A stretch of 64,000 nucleotides of DNA from an uncultured Acidobacteriota bacterium. GTDB lineage: Bacteria; Acidobacteriota; Polarisedimenticolia; J045. The notes beneath the pieces are model-generated. The model made no database searches, was not told the origin of the DNA, and saw only the letters and a program-made list of their open reading frames with translations. How positions within the stretch are numbered: position 1 is the stretch's first letter; each line of letters opens with the position of its first letter. Positions 61,539 to 64,000 of the stretch are shown one piece after another. The stretch is taken from positions 15,007-79,006 of the forward strand of contig CAZOTT010000001.1 of NCBI GenBank assembly GCA_964582785.1, read 5' to 3'. The position numbers and the translations under genes were made by a program.

Positions 61539-63017
61539 ATGCGCCAGTCCCCCTCCTGCCGAGCCCTGGCCCTCCTCGTGGCGTTCTTCCCGGGGATCGT
61601 CCCCGCCTTCTCCGAGCCGGTGGAACTCCCGGTCGAGGCGCCCCTCGGGGCGGGAAGGGTCGTCGTCGAACTCGACGACTCCCGGGTCCACGTCCTCGTG
61701 GACCCGGACGCGGAACCCTCGGTGAAGATCGTCGACCTGGAGAACGGCGAGGACGGCCACGGGTACGCCCTCGTCGAGGAGGCGAAGGGCACCCTGCGCC
61801 TCGGCCGGCCCCACGGGGACGAGGAGACCGCCCCGCGCCTCGCGATCGACCTGGTCGTCACCCCCTCCCACGTCCTCGAGGTCTCCGGGCGCAACCTGGA
61901 CGTGGAGGTGGAAACCACCGACACGGGCGACGAGCCGGGCGCACCGGACGCGGAGGGGGACGGGAGCGGGCGGCCGCCGGCCCGGCGCGCCCTCCGGGGG
62001 GCCCGCCTCGCGATCGACGTGGGGGACTCCTCCGTGACGGTCACCGGCGGGCAGGCGATCGCGGTCTCCGCCACCGGTTCCCGGATCGAGCTGGAGGGGA
62101 CCGGGGGACCCCTGTCCCTCGACCTGGACGGCGGATCCGTGGAGGTCCGCCACCACGTGGGACCCGTCCGGGTTCGGGGAGCCTCCGCCGAGTTCGTGCT
62201 CGAGGATCTGGGCGGGGCCCTGCGGTACGACCTGGACGGCGGATCGCTGACCCTCCGCGGCGGGAACGGGACCGCGGACGGGTCGGCGGACGGGGCCACC
62301 CTGGCGGTGGAACGCTGGGGGGGCTCGTTCCTCGTCCGGGGGGACGAGGACCACGTGGAGGCCCGGGACCTGCCGGAGCCGGACGCCAAGCTGCAGGTCT
62401 CGGGCGCGCGCCACGAGGTGGTCGCCGAGAACCTGGCCGGCGCGCTCTTCGTCGACCTCGCGGACGGAACGGTCTCCGCCCGGAACGTGGGCGCCCGCCT
62501 CAGCCTCCGGCTGCGGGAGGGCGCCGAGGCGGAGGTGCGGGCGGTGGGGGACGGGGCGGACATCCGGCTCGAGGAGGACGCCCGGGCGAAGGTCGAACGG
62601 GTCGCCCGCCGGACCTCGGCCCGGGTCGACGGGGCCACCCTCGTCCTCGACGGGTGCCGGGAACTCCTGGGAAAGGTGCAGGACGGTTCCCTCGAGGCCA
62701 CCCTGCTTGCCGGGCGGGCCCGGGTCACCGCCACCGACGCGGAGGTGAGCCTCGACCTGTCCCGCTCGAACCAGGATCACCAGCTCACCCTGGCCGGTTC
62801 CTCCCGGGCCCGGGTGACGCTGCGCGACCCGTGCCGGGTGCGGGTCCCCGGGGGGGCGGAGGACGACAGCGTGCTGGTCTCGGGGTGCGAGGTGATCGGC
62901 CCGGACGCCCGCCGGCCGCCTCCCGTGACCCGGGGCCGCCTCCGCCGGCGGCGGGTCGTGACCCTGAACGCGGAGGTCGGGGAGGACGCGGCCCTCGAGG
63001 TGAACGCGGCCCCCTGA
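61539..63017 (+). CDS. Secreted repetitive beta-structure protein (DUF4097-like putative adhesin repeats).
   Basis: Signal peptide MRQSPSCRALALLVAFFPGIVPAFS. Repeated ...V.V.G...L.L..G.G.V.. segments. Confidence 0.5.
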   Translation: MRQSPSCRALALLVAFFPGIVPAFSEPVELPVEAPLGAGRVVVELDDSRVHVLVDPDAEPSVKIVDLENGEDGHGYALVEEAKGTLRLGRPHGDEETAPRLAIDLVVTPSHVLEVSGRNLDVEVETTDTGDEPGAPDAEGDGSGRPPARRALRGARLAIDVGDSSVTVTGGQAIAVSATGSRIELEGTGGPLSLDLDGGSVEVRHHVGPVRVRGASAEFVLEDLGGALRYDLDGGSLTLRGGNGTADGSADGATLAVERWGGSFLVRGDEDHVEARDLPEPDAKLQVSGARHEVVAENLAGALFVDLADGTVSARNVGARLSLRLREGAEAEVRAVGDGADIRLEEDARAKVERVARRTSARVDGATLVLDGCRELLGKVQDGSLEATLLAGRARVTATDAEVSLDLSRSNQDHQLTLAGSSRARVTLRDPCRVRVPGGAEDDSVLVSGCEVIGPDARRPPPVTRGRLRRRRVVTLNAEVGEDAALEVNAAP

Positions 63018-63025
63018 GCGGGGCC

Positions 63026-63658
63026 TCAGGTCTCCGGGGGCAGGTCGGAGGCGATCCGGGTGGCCCGGCGGTGGAAGGCGGCGACGGCGCGGACCGTCAG
63101 CCACAGCCCGGTCCCGATCACGAGGGCCGCCAGCACGGCGGCGAGGACGGCGAGGACGGAGCCCGCGAGCGACAGCAGGTCCTCGATCCCGGAGAGAACG
63201 GGGCTCGCGGCCCCCCCGGTCCCCAGGGTGGACAGGAGCCGGATCTTCGCCTTCACGAGGTGGACACCCCCGGCGATCGAGCCCCCGAGCACCAGCCCGA
63301 TGACCGCGGCGGGAAGGGGCGGGAGATCCCGGAGGCTGGCCGCCACGACGAGCATCCCGGCCAGGGGCCGGACGACGGTCTGGACCACGTCGAGGGCGTG
63401 GTCCACCACCGGCACCTTGTCCGCGACGATCTCGACGACGACGGCGACCCCGAAGACGACGAGGGCGGGGGTGGAAGCGATCCAGGCGAAGGCGGGATTC
63501 AGCTCGAGGGGACGGCCGAGAACCACCTCCGCGGCCCCGAGCCGCACCGCGAGGCCGACGACGAAGGGGGGAAGGAAGGCGCGGAGCCCGCAGCTGGCGG
63601 CGAGGGAGATCCCCGCCAGCACCTGGATGGCCAGCCCGAGGAGAGAGGTGTCCGTCAC
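63026..63658 (-). CDS. DUF4126-family membrane protein.
   Basis: MTDTSLLGLAIQVLAGISLAASCGLRAFLPPFVVGLAVRLG.... Multi-TM. Confidence 0.55.
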   Translation of the reverse strand: MTDTSLLGLAIQVLAGISLAASCGLRAFLPPFVVGLAVRLGAAEVVLGRPLELNPAFAWIASTPALVVFGVAVVVEIVADKVPVVDHALDVVQTVVRPLAGMLVVAASLRDLPPLPAAVIGLVLGGSIAGGVHLVKAKIRLLSTLGTGGAASPVLSGIEDLLSLAGSVLAVLAAVLAALVIGTGLWLTVRAVAAFHRRATRIASDLPPET

Positions 63659-63784
63659 GCCGCGCCCTCCGCGGGCCGTTCACCGGGCGGGCCCCGCCGC
63701 TGGCGGCTCCGCCCGGGAGGCGGCCCCGCCCCATGCTATCGTCCCCCTCCTCGGCGGGGAACCCCGCCCCCGCCCGGAAGGTCG

Positions 63785-64000
63785 ATGCGCGCACCCCTCC
63801 CGGTCCTCCTCGCGACCCTGGCCGTGGTTCCCCCGGGGGGAACCGCCCGCGCCGGGGAACCCGGCAGCGGGGGCCCGGTCCCCGCCGGCCTCACCGTGGA
63901 ACAGGCGGTGGAACTCGCCCTGGCGCGGCACCCGGGCGTGCGCGCGGCCCGCGAGCGGCTCCGGGAGCTGGACGCGAAGGTCCGGGAAGCGCGGGCGGCG
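63785..64000 (+). CDS. N-terminus of a TolC-family outer-membrane efflux protein (partial, runs off the window).
   Basis: Signal peptide MRAPLPVLLATLAVVPPGGTARA, then ...LTVEQAVELALARHPGVRAARERLREL (typical TolC/OprM N-terminus). Confidence 0.55.
   Translation, partial: MRAPLPVLLATLAVVPPGGTARAGEPGSGGPVPAGLTVEQAVELALARHPGVRAARERLRELDAKVREARAA

Noticed and set aside
1-64000. CRISPR arrays, tRNA/rRNA genes, IS elements, integrases and prophage blocks
   Set aside because: I scanned the intergenic regions and saw no repeat-spacer periodicity, no tRNA-like cloverleaf candidates and no transposase or integrase-like ORFs. All intergenic gaps are short (under 480 bp) and bear RBSs, promoters or terminator hairpins instead.

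Overview
This 64-kb window is very GC-rich (about 70%) and gene-dense, and looks chromosomal. The gene content (many multiheme c-type cytochromes, a DUF4388 protein, NfnAB, an OPT transporter) suggests an anaerobic, cytochrome-rich delta-proteobacterium or Myxococcota-like organism such as Anaeromyxobacter. That taxonomic guess is inference only. Because of the GC content the six-frame ORF track is full of long spurious antisense ORFs. I chose genes by recognisable protein families, third-position GC bias, signal peptides and ribosome-binding sites. I found no rRNA, tRNA, CRISPR array, IS element or prophage. Main content, in order along the window: (1) mlaE (partial), a small membrane protein and plsC. 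(2) An extracellular-electron-transfer cluster at 1.9-8.9 kb with an MtrB/PioB-like porin (interrupted by an in-frame TGA), an MtrA-like decaheme cytochrome, a divergently transcribed CbcL-like cytochrome c/b fusion with about 11 hemes, a cytochrome with 6-7 heme motifs and a C-terminal membrane anchor, and a tetraheme c3. (3) A 1024-aa outer-membrane protein, a DUF62 SAM hydroxide adenosyltransferase and a DUF4388 protein. (4) A second, 19-heme cytochrome c/b fusion behind an AT-rich sigma70-like promoter. (5) An OPT transporter, NfnAB, a C-N hydrolase, SppA, an MBL hydrolase, a sigma factor, an SSS transporter and a G1P-dehydrogenase-like gene. (6) A DUF5916 protein. (7) A single ORF fusing a PqqD-like segment, a radical-SAM/SPASM core and a complete ArsM-family arsenite methyltransferase. 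This is the most striking candidate novelty. (8) A cyclophilin, a secreted 663-aa protein, a FetAB-like ABC exporter, Bcp, a Zn-ADH and hemerythrin. (9) A 1472-aa C25 gingipain-like peptidase with a proprotein-convertase P-domain. (10) A long minus-strand run fabI, acyl-CoA dehydrogenase, midA-like methyltransferase, an orphan nuoB, rpoH, a Cas4-like PD-(D/E)XK nuclease and mutT. (11) A glycosylation operon joined by GTGA start/stop overlaps (heptosyltransferase, SAM methyltransferase, PMT/TPR membrane protein). (12) A HAD hydrolase, a DUF4097-like secreted protein, a DUF4126 protein and the start of a TolC-like gene. Coordinates are good to about +/-1-3 nt. I saw a 1-nt inconsistency between line labels and the ORF track near 59.8 kb.
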